From Mobula birostris (lineage: Eukaryota), in the NCBI RefSeq assembly GCF_030028105.1, contig NC_092379.1:28327821-28391820 (forward strand): a DNA stretch of 64,000 nt, given 5' to 3'. Positions 38,683 through 50,029 of the stretch are shown here, one piece after another. Numbering within the stretch: position 1 is the first letter of the stretch; each line of letters starts with the position of its first letter. The notes under the pieces were generated by a model. It was given only the letters and a program-made list of their open reading frames with translations, was not told the origin of the DNA and did no database searches. The translations under genes were made by a program, and so were the position numbers.

Positions 38683-39691
38683 GTAAGTATCCACAGACAT
38701 CAACGATTTTTCAAATATCTCAGCCATTTTCACTATCGTTTAATAGATGATAGATTGATTTAAAATCTTGTGTGGTGTGATTCTGTAAACTAAATCTATA
38801 CTCACTGTGTAGAAAGGCAAGGTGGGAAACTGAATTAACAGAGTGAGATGGAGAGGGAAATTTCTGCTATGAGTAAGGATGAAAAGCTGGTGTAATCTTC
38901 GTAGAATGAGTCCAACCGACTGCTGTCAGACTGTAGGAAATATTGTTAGCAGCTTAAGGCATAAACCGCAAGCAGATACATGAATATGTCACCGAGATGC
39001 AAGAAATAATGAATATTGTTTTCTCCAATTTATTCTCAAATAGTACAGTGAAATACATAACCAATTGATGAAAAATGAAGAAAAGAGAAGGGAACAAAAC
39101 CTTTATATCGCTGAGTGCTAAACTCCAATTGAAAATAATCTTCGCCTTCAGTTTATTCGAAAATTATCTGACCCGTTCAGTCTCATTACTGTGAAGAACA
39201 TGTTACAATGCAAGAGGCTGTAACTTATCGGGGATATGTTATTTTAAAAAAAGAAGCAATTCTGGATGGAGCATCTATCAACTCGAAAAATAAAACAGGC
39301 AAATCCATAATTATTCGGAATTAAACTAACGTTTAAAATAAGCACCACAGAACTTATATTAAAAAAAAGGAGTTCGGCTCATTTTTGTTTGTAGGCCCTC
39401 TGCAATTGTTCCATGGAATTAGTTCTTCCTTCCACATAGATGGCCAAAATATGAAACATGTTTTGATAATAACAAGATATCCACAATTTAGCATGAGTTC
39501 CTAATTTTACTTCACCGCAGCAATTCAGATAATAATTGTCAACGACAATAAATATTGTTTACTCACATTTCAAGTGAAACAATTTGCGTGAAAGAAAAAT
39601 CTCCGTAACGTATTTGGGATGTTTTTGTTTTTTTTTTTTTTTCTGACAGTTATCGGTAAATCAGCAATAATCATCCTTTACATTCATACAG

Positions 39692-39994
39692 AATCCATTT
39701 CTCCACCGTCTCAGAGTCCGGAACTACAAACTACACTTGCCGATACTGCTATTTTAACCTGTGGATACGACGTGAATTGTCGCAACACAATACACTGGTA
39801 TCGCCAGCTTCCAGCGCAGGCACCCATATTCCTGCTCCAGGGTCAAACTTTCGGAGCACAAGATAAGACAAAAAATGCCGTAGAACGAATTACTGGTTTT
39901 GTTGATCCTGGTAAGAAAATCAGCCAGTTGACGATCTCCAAAGTGCAACTGGGCGACGCTGCTGTGTATTACTGTGCAATGAGTCGGTTTGCAG
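39692..39994 (+). CDS. Supporting TCR-delta V exon of the NAR-TCR cassette; open frame, no convincing conventional leader exon
   Basis: ESISPPSQSPELQTTLADTAILTCGYDVNCRNTIHWYRQLPAQAPIFLL...ERITG...SQLTISKVQLGDAAVYYCAMSRFA. Canonical Cys23, Trp41 and Cys104, plus a CDR1 Cys at 39778-39780. Phase-1 acceptor CATACAG at 39691 (alternative CTGACAG at 39649). Located 1 kb after the NAR-type J. Confidence 0.88.
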
Positions 39995-40033
39995 CACTGT
40001 GATGCCGCGCATGGACAGCGCTTTTCAAGAACT
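39995..40033 (+). other. RSS (23-bp spacer) of the supporting V-delta
   Basis: Heptamer CACTGTG 39995-40001, 23-nt spacer, nonamer TCAAGAACT 40025-40033. Confidence 0.75.
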
Positions 40034-40689
40034 AGGGTGATTCTTGTTACAAGCACACAGTGCTAGTAAGCAGCGAGGGAAAAATACAAAAACTCATTTG
40101 GTTTTATCATATAAATAAACCACTGCCGAGCACGGAGACAAACGGCAAGAAACCGCAGTGTGGTGGGATGTTCAGCAGAATGATGATAGAGAAAATAAAA
40201 GTACCACAATCAACACCCAATATATGCTGGGAGATATCATTATGTCCTGATGGAAGTTCTTGGCTCAAAACATCATTTCCATGGAAGATGCCGGATCTAC
40301 CGATTCCTCAAATTTCTACTGATAGAAGACACACAACTTTCAAGAATATATTCCTGGAGCAAAGAGGCATGATTGCCTTCAGGAAATTCGCATTTTAGAT
40401 CAGAAGTGCGTAAGGCATAGCAGCAGAATTGGGCTAATCAGCCTATCGAGTGTGGCCCACCATTCCATCATTGTTTCCTGTTCCCAATACATTGTCCAGT
40501 GTATCCATGTGGTACATGCAATCTACCAGCCATTTTGAATGAAGGAACACCGCAAATTCGTTTGCGCCGCGTGAACGTCGGCAGGAAAGTAACGGACATT
40601 GAAATGATACAAATTCCAAACAATAAATGCATAATCTGCTGTTTTGGAATTATACGGCATCACGAACTTCTGGTATCTTTACGATTCCA

Positions 40690-41130
40690 GAAACATATAA
40701 ACATAGAAAACCTACAGCACAATACAGGTCCTTCGGCCCACAAATTCGTGCCGAGCATGTCGCTACCTTAGAAATTACTAGGGTTACCTATAGCCTCTGT
40801 TTTTCTAATCTCCGTGTACCTATACTAAAGTCTCTTAAAATATCCTATCGTATCCGCATCCATCAGCGTTTCCGGCAGCCCATTCCACACAATCACCACT
40901 CTCAGTGTAACATAACTCACCCCAACATCTTCTATGTACCTACTCCCAAGCACCTTATACCTGTGTACACCTGTGGCAGCCATTTCAGCCCCAGAAAAAA
41001 GCCTCTGACTATCCACATGATCAATGCCTCTCATCATCTTATACTCCTCTATCAGGTCACATCTCATCCTCCGGCGCTCAAAGGAGCAAACGCCGAGTTC
41101 ACTCAACCTGTTTTCATCAGCCATATCCAC
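40690..41130 (-). mobile_element. CR1 3' fragment
   Basis: Minus-strand RRRMRCDLIEEYKMMRGIDHVDSQRLF...RVVIVWNGLP; ACATAGAAAC-type tail. Confidence 0.85.
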
Positions 41131-41704
41131 AACCATGCCCTTATCACAAAGCAACCTTAGGCAGCCTGAATGTGTCTTTTTTGGTTGTAAAATGCTTTCA
41201 CCAGAGAGTATCAACGTGTAGTCGATGTTGATTGAGATGTATTCTGTTGTGTTCAGTTTCTTCCGATAGCATGAGTCTCATTAAAATGAAACTACACGCT
41301 TTTGGCAATTACATGCTCAACCAATTGAATGGATGGCTATAATTGGAAATAATCGAGAACTGGGAGAGGCGCTGCGAAAGAAACATTCGATACTTAGTGA
41401 TTATAAGGCAACGTTGTAATTCCTCCCACTCAAAAGAGATAACCTGCCTTTTGTCATTCCATGACTTTGCTTTAGTTCAGTCTGAAATTAAACCTGTTCC
41501 TACTCGCATCCCCTAGTACTGCACTAAAAATGCATTCACTTGAAATGGAATTCCTGGCTCTGTATATTGTAAAACAAAATAAATAATATACCTCTATTAT
41601 TTATATGTTGTGATTCATTGCTGGTTCCATGCCTATCTAAATAACTGCTATTATATTATTTATTTATATTAATATATAAATATAATACTGTGTTTTTATA
41701 CTTT

Positions 41705-41875
41705 GGGCGGCACAGTAGCATAGCGGTTAATTCGACTCTATTACAGTTCTGGGAATAACAGTTCGGAGTTCAATTCTGCTTCATCTGTATGTAGTCTGTG
41801 TGTCCTCCACATGGAATGCGTGGGTTTTCACCGACTGCTCTCCTGTCCTCTGACAGTTCAGAGACGAACTCCGGA
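41705..41875 (+). mobile_element. tRNA-derived SINE (elasmobranch HE1/V-SINE-like), 5' part
   Basis: GGGCGGCACAGTAGCATAGCGGTTA...GGAGTTCAATTC (A/B-box-like), then GTCCTCCACATGGAATGCGTGGGTTTTC core. Confidence 0.6.
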
Positions 41876-41902
41876 GAATGATTAGTCCGGAGATGATTAA
41901 CT

Positions 41903-43820
41903 ATATCACCATATAACGATTACAGTACGGAAACAGGCCACCTCGGCCCTTCTAGTCCGTGCCGAACTCTTACTCTCACCTATTCCCACTGACAAGCACT
42001 CAGCCCATAACCCTCCATTCCTTTACTGCCCACATAACTGTCCAATTGAACTTTAAACAACGACCTCGACCCTGCCTCAACCACTCGTGTTGGAAACTCG
42101 TCCCACACAGCTACCACTCTCTGAGTAAAGAAGTTCCCCGTCATATTACCCCAAAACTTTTGTCCTTTAACTCTCAACCCATGTTCTCTTGTTTGAATCT
42201 CCCACACTCTCAATAGAAAAGTGCTATCCACCTCAACTCTTTTATCCGCCTCATAATTTTAAATACCTCTATCAAGTCCCCCCCTCAACCTTCTACGTTT
42301 CAAAGAATAAAAACCCAACTTGTTCAACCTTTCTCTGTAACATAGGTGATAAAACCCAGGTAACATTCTCGTAAATCTTCTCTGTACTCTCTCGATTTTC
42401 TTGTCATCGTTCTTATTATTCGGTGACGAAAACTGTACACAATACACCAAATTTGGCCTCTACCAATGCCTTGTACAATTTCAACATTACATCCCAATCC
42501 TATACTCAACGCTCGGATTTATAAAGGCCAGCATACCAAAAGCTTTCTTCACCACCCTATCCACATGAGATTCCACTTTCAGGGATCTATGCACCATTAT
42601 TCCTAGATCCCTCTGTTCTACCTCATTCCACAATGCCCTACCATTTACCATGTATTCCCTATTTTGATTAGTCCTAGCAAAATATAGCACCTCACATTTA
42701 TCAGCATTAAACTCCATCCGCCATTTTTCAGCACACTCTTCTAACTGGCCTAAATCTCTTTGCAAGCTTTGAAAAGCTTTTTATCCACAACTCCACCTAT
42801 CTTCGTATCATCTGCATACTTACTCATCCAATTTACCACCGCATCATTCACATAATTAATGTATATGACAAACAACATTGGAACCAGTACAGATTCCTGA
42901 GGCACACCACTAGTCACTGACCTCCAATCTGACAAATATCTTTCCACCACTACTCTCTGGCGTCTCCGAACTAACCACTGTTGAATCATTTTTACTACTG
43001 CAATATTAATACCTAACGATTGGACATTCCTAACGCACTTCCGTGGGGAACCTTGTCAACGGCCTTGCTTAAGTCCATATAGACAACATCCACCGCTTGA
43101 CACTAGTCAACTTTCCTAGTAACCTATTCAAAAAGTTCAATAATATTTGTCAAAAATGATCTTCCAGGGACAAACCCTTGTTGACTGTTCCTAATCAGAC
43201 CCTGTCTATCCAGATAATTATAAAAACACATCTCTAAGAATACTTTCCGTCAATTTACCCACTACTGACGTCAAACTCAGAGGCCGGCAATTGCTAGGTT
43301 TACTCTTAGAACCCTTTTTAAACAATGGAACAACATGAGCAATACGCCAATCCTCCGACACCATCCCCGTTTCTAATGACATATGAAATACTTCTGTCAG
43401 AACCCCTGCTATTTCCACAAAAAAAAAAAAAGCTTCCCTCAAGGTCCGAGGGAATATCTTATCAGGACCCGGAAACTTATCCACTTTTATATTCCTTAAA
43501 AGAGCCAGTACTTCCTCTTCTTTAATCAGCATAGTTACCATAACATCCCTCCCTGTTTCCCTTACCTTACATAATTCAATATCCTTCTCCTTAGTGAATA
43601 CCAAAGAAAATAAATTGTTCAGAATCTCCTCCATCTCTTTTGGCTCCACACATAGTTGCCCACTCTGTTTCTCTAAGGGACCAATTTTATCCCTCACTAT
43701 CGTTTTGCTATTAATATAACTGTAGAAACCTTTGGGATTTATTTTTACCCTACTTACCAAAGCAAAGTCATATCTTCTTTTAGCTTTTTAAATTAATTTC
43801 TTAAGATTATTTTTACATTT
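41903..43820 (-). mobile_element. CR1 fragment (pre-RT to 3' end, internally deleted)
   Basis: RPLSLTSVVGKLTESI; SGVPQESVLVPMLF; YADDTKIGG; (TTATATGG)n tail near 41905. Confidence 0.9.
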
Positions 43821-44959
43821 GTCCCTAGAGCAGGATTCGTTTTTACTTTCTTTATATTCTTCGAGCAAGATTATTTTTCCATTCTTTATATTCCTCCATT
43901 AGGTTCCGGAAAATTCAGGGTTGTCAGTGGTTTCTGGGGTCGCGCAGTTTGAAAGGTTGGAATAGGTTATTCTGCGCTGTACCATGGAATAAACAACTAA
44001 ATACAGCTCGCAAGGAATTAAAACAACATTTACTCATGGAGACATATGGTACGTAAATAGGTGCATAATCGATTGCCAACCAGACAACAATACTTAATAT
44101 ATTTTATTTTCTCTTGAAACACTCAAATTCCATTTTGATTTTTTCGCTTCCAAACTGGGAATTTTATTTTAAACTCAATGGCCAATTAGAACGTATTTTC
44201 GTAAACTGTTTTTTTTAATATGGGTTGATCATCATATATTTGGTTAGTAATATCCAAAATTTGGAAAAAGTTCTCTGGACACATCTGATGTTTACAATCT
44301 TTACAAAAGGTTTTGGAAGTTAATCTGCTTCCAGCAGATACAACTGCAGATCAAAACGAGGTCACAAGGTAAATCGAACAGAAACACCTCGAGAACAAAA
44401 CAGCACAGAATACTTAAACAGGCCTCACCCTCTGTCCGTTATAAACTCAATCCATGCTTTCTCCATTGTCTTTCCCACATATACCCAATAACGGTAACAT
44501 ATCAAAGATTGTACCACTTACTTTCGTGTGGAAAGCAGTTTACAATTTATATTGCAAATACCAGCTGCTCGCCAGTCTTTTCGTGGGAAGGAGAGTGGAA
44601 CATCCTGGGAAATAGGTGATACCAGAAGCGAAGTGTTTATATCGATACTCTGCGACTCTACAGCTCACATCAGGAATTACAGGATCAAATGGCTATGAAC
44701 TGGTCGAACGCGTGTACGATCGTTAGCTAAGGAAGATATGCTTTCGAATCACAATGACGAGCAAGCCTGCAGCCCGTTCTCACGGAGAAGAATCTTATTA
44801 TGGGAGAAATATCCCGAAGCCGGCAAAAGCGACTTTGGTGCCGAGGAACAGGAAATCGGCTACAAGCTGCCAAAATACATGGCGAATGTTTAATGAGGAG
44901 AGGTTGCAGTAGTTTTCAGAAAGATTTCACTTGCCAATAGTTTCGTAAAAACAGTGAGA

Positions 44960-45260
44960 GATCAAACCATATGATACTGGTTAGTCCAACGCTTTTTCTG
45001 CAGCTATGACCCGTATTCAATTTGCACCGTTGCTTGCAAAGTGATTGCACTTTCTCCCCGGACCACCTGGGATTTATGTCGGATGCCCTGGTTTCTTCCA
45101 ACAGCCCAAAGTCTGGTAGGATTTGATAGGCTGATTGGTCGTTCTAAATTATAGCGTGATTAGGTTCGGTTTAAATCCGGCGATTGCTGGGCTGCGTACC
45201 TCGATATGCAGAAAGGGCAAATTCCTCACTGTGTATCCAAACATAAATACATAATCACTC
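44960..45260 (+). mobile_element. Old SINE inside the duplicated block (paralogous copy at ~51020-51310)
   Basis: TACTGGTTAG..CAAC...TATTCAATT...CACTTTCTCCCCGG...GGTTTC..CCAACAGCCCAA shared at equivalent positions in both block copies. Confidence 0.55.
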
Positions 45261-46704
45261 AAGAAAACAAAAAAAAAAGTAAATAAATAAGAATCGGTTT
45301 ACCCTGCAAATCTTATAGTCGGTGCGAGAGCGGCATGAATTTGTATTTTTAAGAAATTTATCCAAGGCTAAGGAATGACAGATAATTTCAATTCAATGCT
45401 CACGCTATTTGTATTTTTTTTGCAGAAGCGGTGAAACTGAATACCATGCATGCCGGGAGTTCCTTCAAAACTGCATCAATTGGTTAATCCCTCTCGGCTG
45501 AAAAGGTGAAACAGTTTCTCTGCAACAACATATACGATTACACGTCCCTTATTTTCCCATATTGAAATTAATTTCTGTCCAGTGTTCACAGTGAAAGGGC
45601 AGTAGAGTGAGTGTGTTCATAAGCAGAAAAGCTTTGCATCGTTATGGTGCAATTCTGGCGTTACACTCGCGGCAGTCCAATTCATGCATCATAAATCTGT
45701 TAACTGCAGGAAACGGTTGAGTTTGCGACAGGCTTTCGATTTCAAATTTCCTTCTTGGTCGTACCGTCTATAAATCTGTACTTCTTGAATGTTGAGCGCC
45801 GATTTCATAATATGAACAGAGGGATGCAATGAGAATATTGTCTTCTGAAATATGTTCTTGAAAATTTCAGAAATGCGCCAGAAAGTACCAGGTCCACAAT
45901 ATTATTCGGACGGAATGTGATACTCCAGAGGGTACAGGTGACTGAGCAGTAAAGCTTGCCTGACTGGAAGTGCGAGTGACCGTCGATTTATAAATCACCT
46001 TGGAATGTTCCTGAATAGTCTCATCCTCGTCGGGTAGTTGAGTCATTTTAGCAGTGGCGTAATCAGCCGTAGTGTCTGCTGAATTGTTTTTAAACGCCAT
46101 TACTTATTTATTTGTTTGTTTGCTTGGTTACTTCTCCTTTTTTTTCTTTATTTACAGAACCATCAATCTGGTCGTCTGTGCCATAATTTTTATTTTTTTA
46201 TTTTTTTTCTATTTTTGTTCTTACCATCCGATTATGTGTTTATATACTTATCTATTTATGTTATTAATTCAGAAAGTGTGTTTCTTATCTGTTAGTTATC
46301 TGATAATTATTTAGTTATGTATTATTTATTCCAACGAGGAGGTCGTCTTTGAGTATAAAACCATACCATCTTTACCACAATTTATAATTCATATATGCTC
46401 CCTTTTGGGTGCCTGGGGAAAAAAAGTAGTTCTGCTTGGTAGATCAAAGTCGCATGTTTCCTTAACTGTTTACTCAGAATTAACTTGAAGGCATTTTCCA
46501 GCTGACCGATAGATTTTTCATTTAAATAAGACACAATAGAGGAAGAAATGTAAGCTTGCATCATTTAGATGAAAATTAAATGATACGTTCTAAATCGAAG
46601 GAAAGTATTCACTTCCAGATTGAGGTCAATTCACCATGATGTACCTTATTTCATTGGGACGCTGTCATTTACTGATCAAACTTTCTCCCCGCTTCTTCGC
46701 TGCA

Positions 46705-48590
46705 TAGATTAGATTGGATTAGATTTAACGTTATCGTCATTGTGCCGAGTATAGATACAAAGCCAATGAAATGCAGTTAGCATCTGACGAGAAATGCAAA
46801 GAATAGTGTTACTTACAAAATATTTGTGCATAAAAATTAAGTGCTACAGCACACAAATATAAAAGTACTGAGACAGTAAAATATGGCTGCAGTACTGCTT
46901 AACGCTGTGATGTGAGGTTTAGCAGGGTCACAGCCCAGGGAAGAAGCTCTTCCTGTGCCTGCTTGTGCGGGAGCAGACGGTCCTTCAGCGCCTACCAGAA
47001 TGGAGGAGAGAAAAAAAATCGGTGGTTAGGGTGAAATGCTACCTTGATAATCCTTTTCGCCCTGCCCAGGCAGCGTTTATGGTAGATATACTCAATGGTG
47101 GGCAACTGGGTGCCGATAATCCGCTGGGCAGTTTTAACCACACGCAGGAGTGTTTTGTGGTCCGATATGAGACAATTGCCATACCACACAGAGATAGAGT
47201 TGGTGAGTATGCTCTCAACGGTACAGTGGTAAAAGTCCGTCAGTATCCTGGTACAGAGTTGAGCTTTCATGATACTCCGCAGGAAATAAAGGCGTTGTTG
47301 CGCCTTTTTGATCAGAATGGAGGAGTTCAGGGACCAGCTGTGATCTTCGGAAATGTGGACACCAAGGAATCTGAAGCTTGATACACGCTCCACTACGGCT
47401 CCGATGGGGACGAGAGTATGGCTCCTAGCATGCCTGAAGTCCACAATGTTCTCATGGGGTCTTCTCGGTATTGAGGACCAGGATGCTGTCGGCACACCAC
47501 GCGGCCAGGTGCCGGACGTCGTCCCTGCAGGCCGTCTCGTCGTGCCCTCTGATCAGGCCAACCACCGTGGTGTCTTCTGCGAACTTGATTATGGAGTTCG
47601 AACCATGTACAGGAACGCAGTTATATTTGAAAAAGGAGTACATAAGAGGGCTCAGCACACAGCCTTGAGGTACGCCAGTGTTCAAGGTGAGAGTGGAGGA
47701 AGACAGGTTGTCTAACTTAACTGATTGTGGTCTGTTAGTCAGAAACTCCAAGGTCCAATTACAGAGGGATGAGCTGATACGAAGCTGGCGAAGTTTGGCG
47801 ATCAGCTTGGAGGGGATCACAGTATTGAATGCTGAACTAAAGTCACTGAACAGCATTCTGACGAAAGATTTGGGGCTTTCCAGGTGGGTCAGGGCAGAAT
47901 GAAGTGCAGTGGAGATGTCGTCCTCTGTTGACCTTTTGGTGCAATAGGCTATTGATGGGGGTCCAGAGTACTGGGCAGACAGGATTTCAGATGTGATAGA
48001 AACAGAGTGTCAAATCACTATTCAATGATGGGGGTGAGTGCTGCTGGTCGGAAGTCATTCAGGCCCATGGCAGTGGAATGCGTTCGGCACTGGCACGATG
48101 GTGGCGATCTTGAAGCTTGTGGGTCCAACTGACTGGGCCAGGAACAGACTAAATATGTCCGTGAAGACCCCGGCCAGCTACACTGCACGGACTCTGAGCA
48201 CACGGCCAGGTATTCCATCAGGACCAGCTGCTTTCCGTACGTTCAATCTGCTCAGTGAAGCTCAAAGTTCGGAGATGGAAAGTGAGAGAGGCAGTTCACC
48301 AGGTGGGAGATCCGCTTTGAAGATAACCTCGTTGTTTTCTCGGTCAAAGCGTAGAAGTAATTAAGCTTTGGAGGGAGGGAAGCAGAGCTGGAAGGGTGCA
48401 CAGTACTAAGCGGTTTGAAGTCTATAATGACCTGTATGCCATGCCATATGCGCCGGGGGTCGAAGGAGTTGAAATGCTCCTCGATTATCTGTTTATACAT
48501 GTGTTTAGCCTGAGAGATTTCCCTCCTCAAGTTGGCCCTGGCTGAGCTGTAAGCCTCCCTGTCTCCAGACCTGTAGGCCGAATCTGATGA
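46705..48590 (-). mobile_element. L2-clade LINE inserted in one copy of the duplicated block
   Basis: [17 protein letters not shown]; [15 protein letters not shown]; [14 protein letters not shown]; KKAQQRLYFLRS; (ATCTA)n tail ~46705-46725. Flanks rejoin in the paralogue near 56390. Confidence 0.88.
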
Positions 48591-48848
48591 TAATAGATGA
48601 AGGGTTACTGACTTGCACTAATTTTATTCACATATTAAACCTGTTTCCCTGATGTTGAGAGTTCATGGGATAGAATGCTTCCGCAAAACAGAACATGAAG
48701 TAGTCACGAGGCGCACTTTAGAAGTTGCTTAGTTTTCATTTTCCAGATCTTCGTGAATTTATTCCCTACGTGACAAGGATACATTCTATCTGTGTATTAA
48801 AGTTGCGCCATCATCGTCCATTGGAGTTATCATAGGATCGAGAGCAAC

Positions 48849-50029
48849 AGAGGGGATACAATATTGGATCTCCTGTTAGGAAACGAGTTAGGACAAGTGA
48901 CAGAAGTCTGTGTACGAGAGCTCTTTGGTTCCAGTGATCATAACATCATTAGTTTCAATTTGATCATGGACAAGGATAGATCTGATCCTAGGGTTGAGGT
49001 TCTTAACTGGAAGAAGGCCAAATTTGAAGAACTGAGAAAGGATCTAAAAAGCGTGGATTGGGACAGGTTGTTCTCTGGCAAAGATGTGATCGGTAGGTGG
49101 GAAGCCTTCAAAGGAGAAATTTTGAGAGTGCAGAATTTGTATGTTCCCGTCAGGATTAAAGGCAAAGTGAATAGGAATAAGGAACCTTGGTTCTCAAGGG
49201 ATATTGCAACTCTGATAAAGAAGAAGAGGGAGTTGTATGACATGTATAGGAAGCAGGGAGTAAATAAGGTGCTTGAGGAGCATAAGAAGTGCAAGAAAAT
49301 ACTTAAGAAAGAAATCAGGAGGGCTAAAAGAAGACATGAGGTTGCCTTGGCAATCAAAGTGAAGGATAATCCAAAGAGCTTTTACAGGTATATTAAGAAC
49401 AAAAGGATTGTAAGGGATAAAATTGGTCCTCTTGAAGATCAGAGTGGTCGGCTATGTGCGGAACCAAAGGTAATGGGGCAGATCTAAATTAGTTTTTTTT
49501 TTTTTTTTTTTTTTTTTTTTGCGTTTGTATTTACTAAGGAAACTGGCATGAAGTCTATGGAATTAAGGAAAACAAGTAGTGAGATCATGGAAACTGCACA
49601 GGTCGAAAAGGAGGAGGTCCTTGCCGTCTTGAGGAAAACTAAAGTGGATAAATCCCCGGGACCTGACAGGGTGTTCCCTCGGACGTTGAAGGAGACTAGT
49701 GTTGAAATTTCAGGGGCCCTGGATGAAATTTTTAAAATGTCGCTGTCTACAGGTGAAGTGCCGGAGGATTGGAGAGCGGCTCATGTTGTTCCATTGTTTA
49801 AAAAAGGATCGAAAAGTAATCAGGGAAGTCATAGGCCGGTAAGTTTAACGTCGGTAGTAGTTAAGTTATTCGAGCGAGTACTAAGAGACAGAATCCACAA
49901 GCATTTGGATAGATGGAGGGTTATCAGCTGCATGCGGGTCGGTGGTACTAGGTGAGATTAAGAGTTTGGCACGGACTAGAAGGGCCGAGATTGCCTTCTT
50001 CCGTGTTTTCATTTTTATATGGTTATATG
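48849..50029 (+). mobile_element. CR1 fragment with large internal deletion of RT
   Basis: DLLLGNELGQVTEV; HRPVSLTSVVVKLFERVLRDRIHKHLD joined directly to 3' UTR sequence (ATGGAGGGTTAT...GGACTAGAAGGGCCGAGA) at ~49912; TTATATGG tail. Confidence 0.88.

Larger units (their letters stand above)
44690..48850 (+). repeat. Segmental duplication unit B (V-cassette upstream region, no V gene retained)
   Basis: Colinear with 50730-56650 once LINE insertions are removed; 48675-48850 also matches 1-180. Confidence 0.85.
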
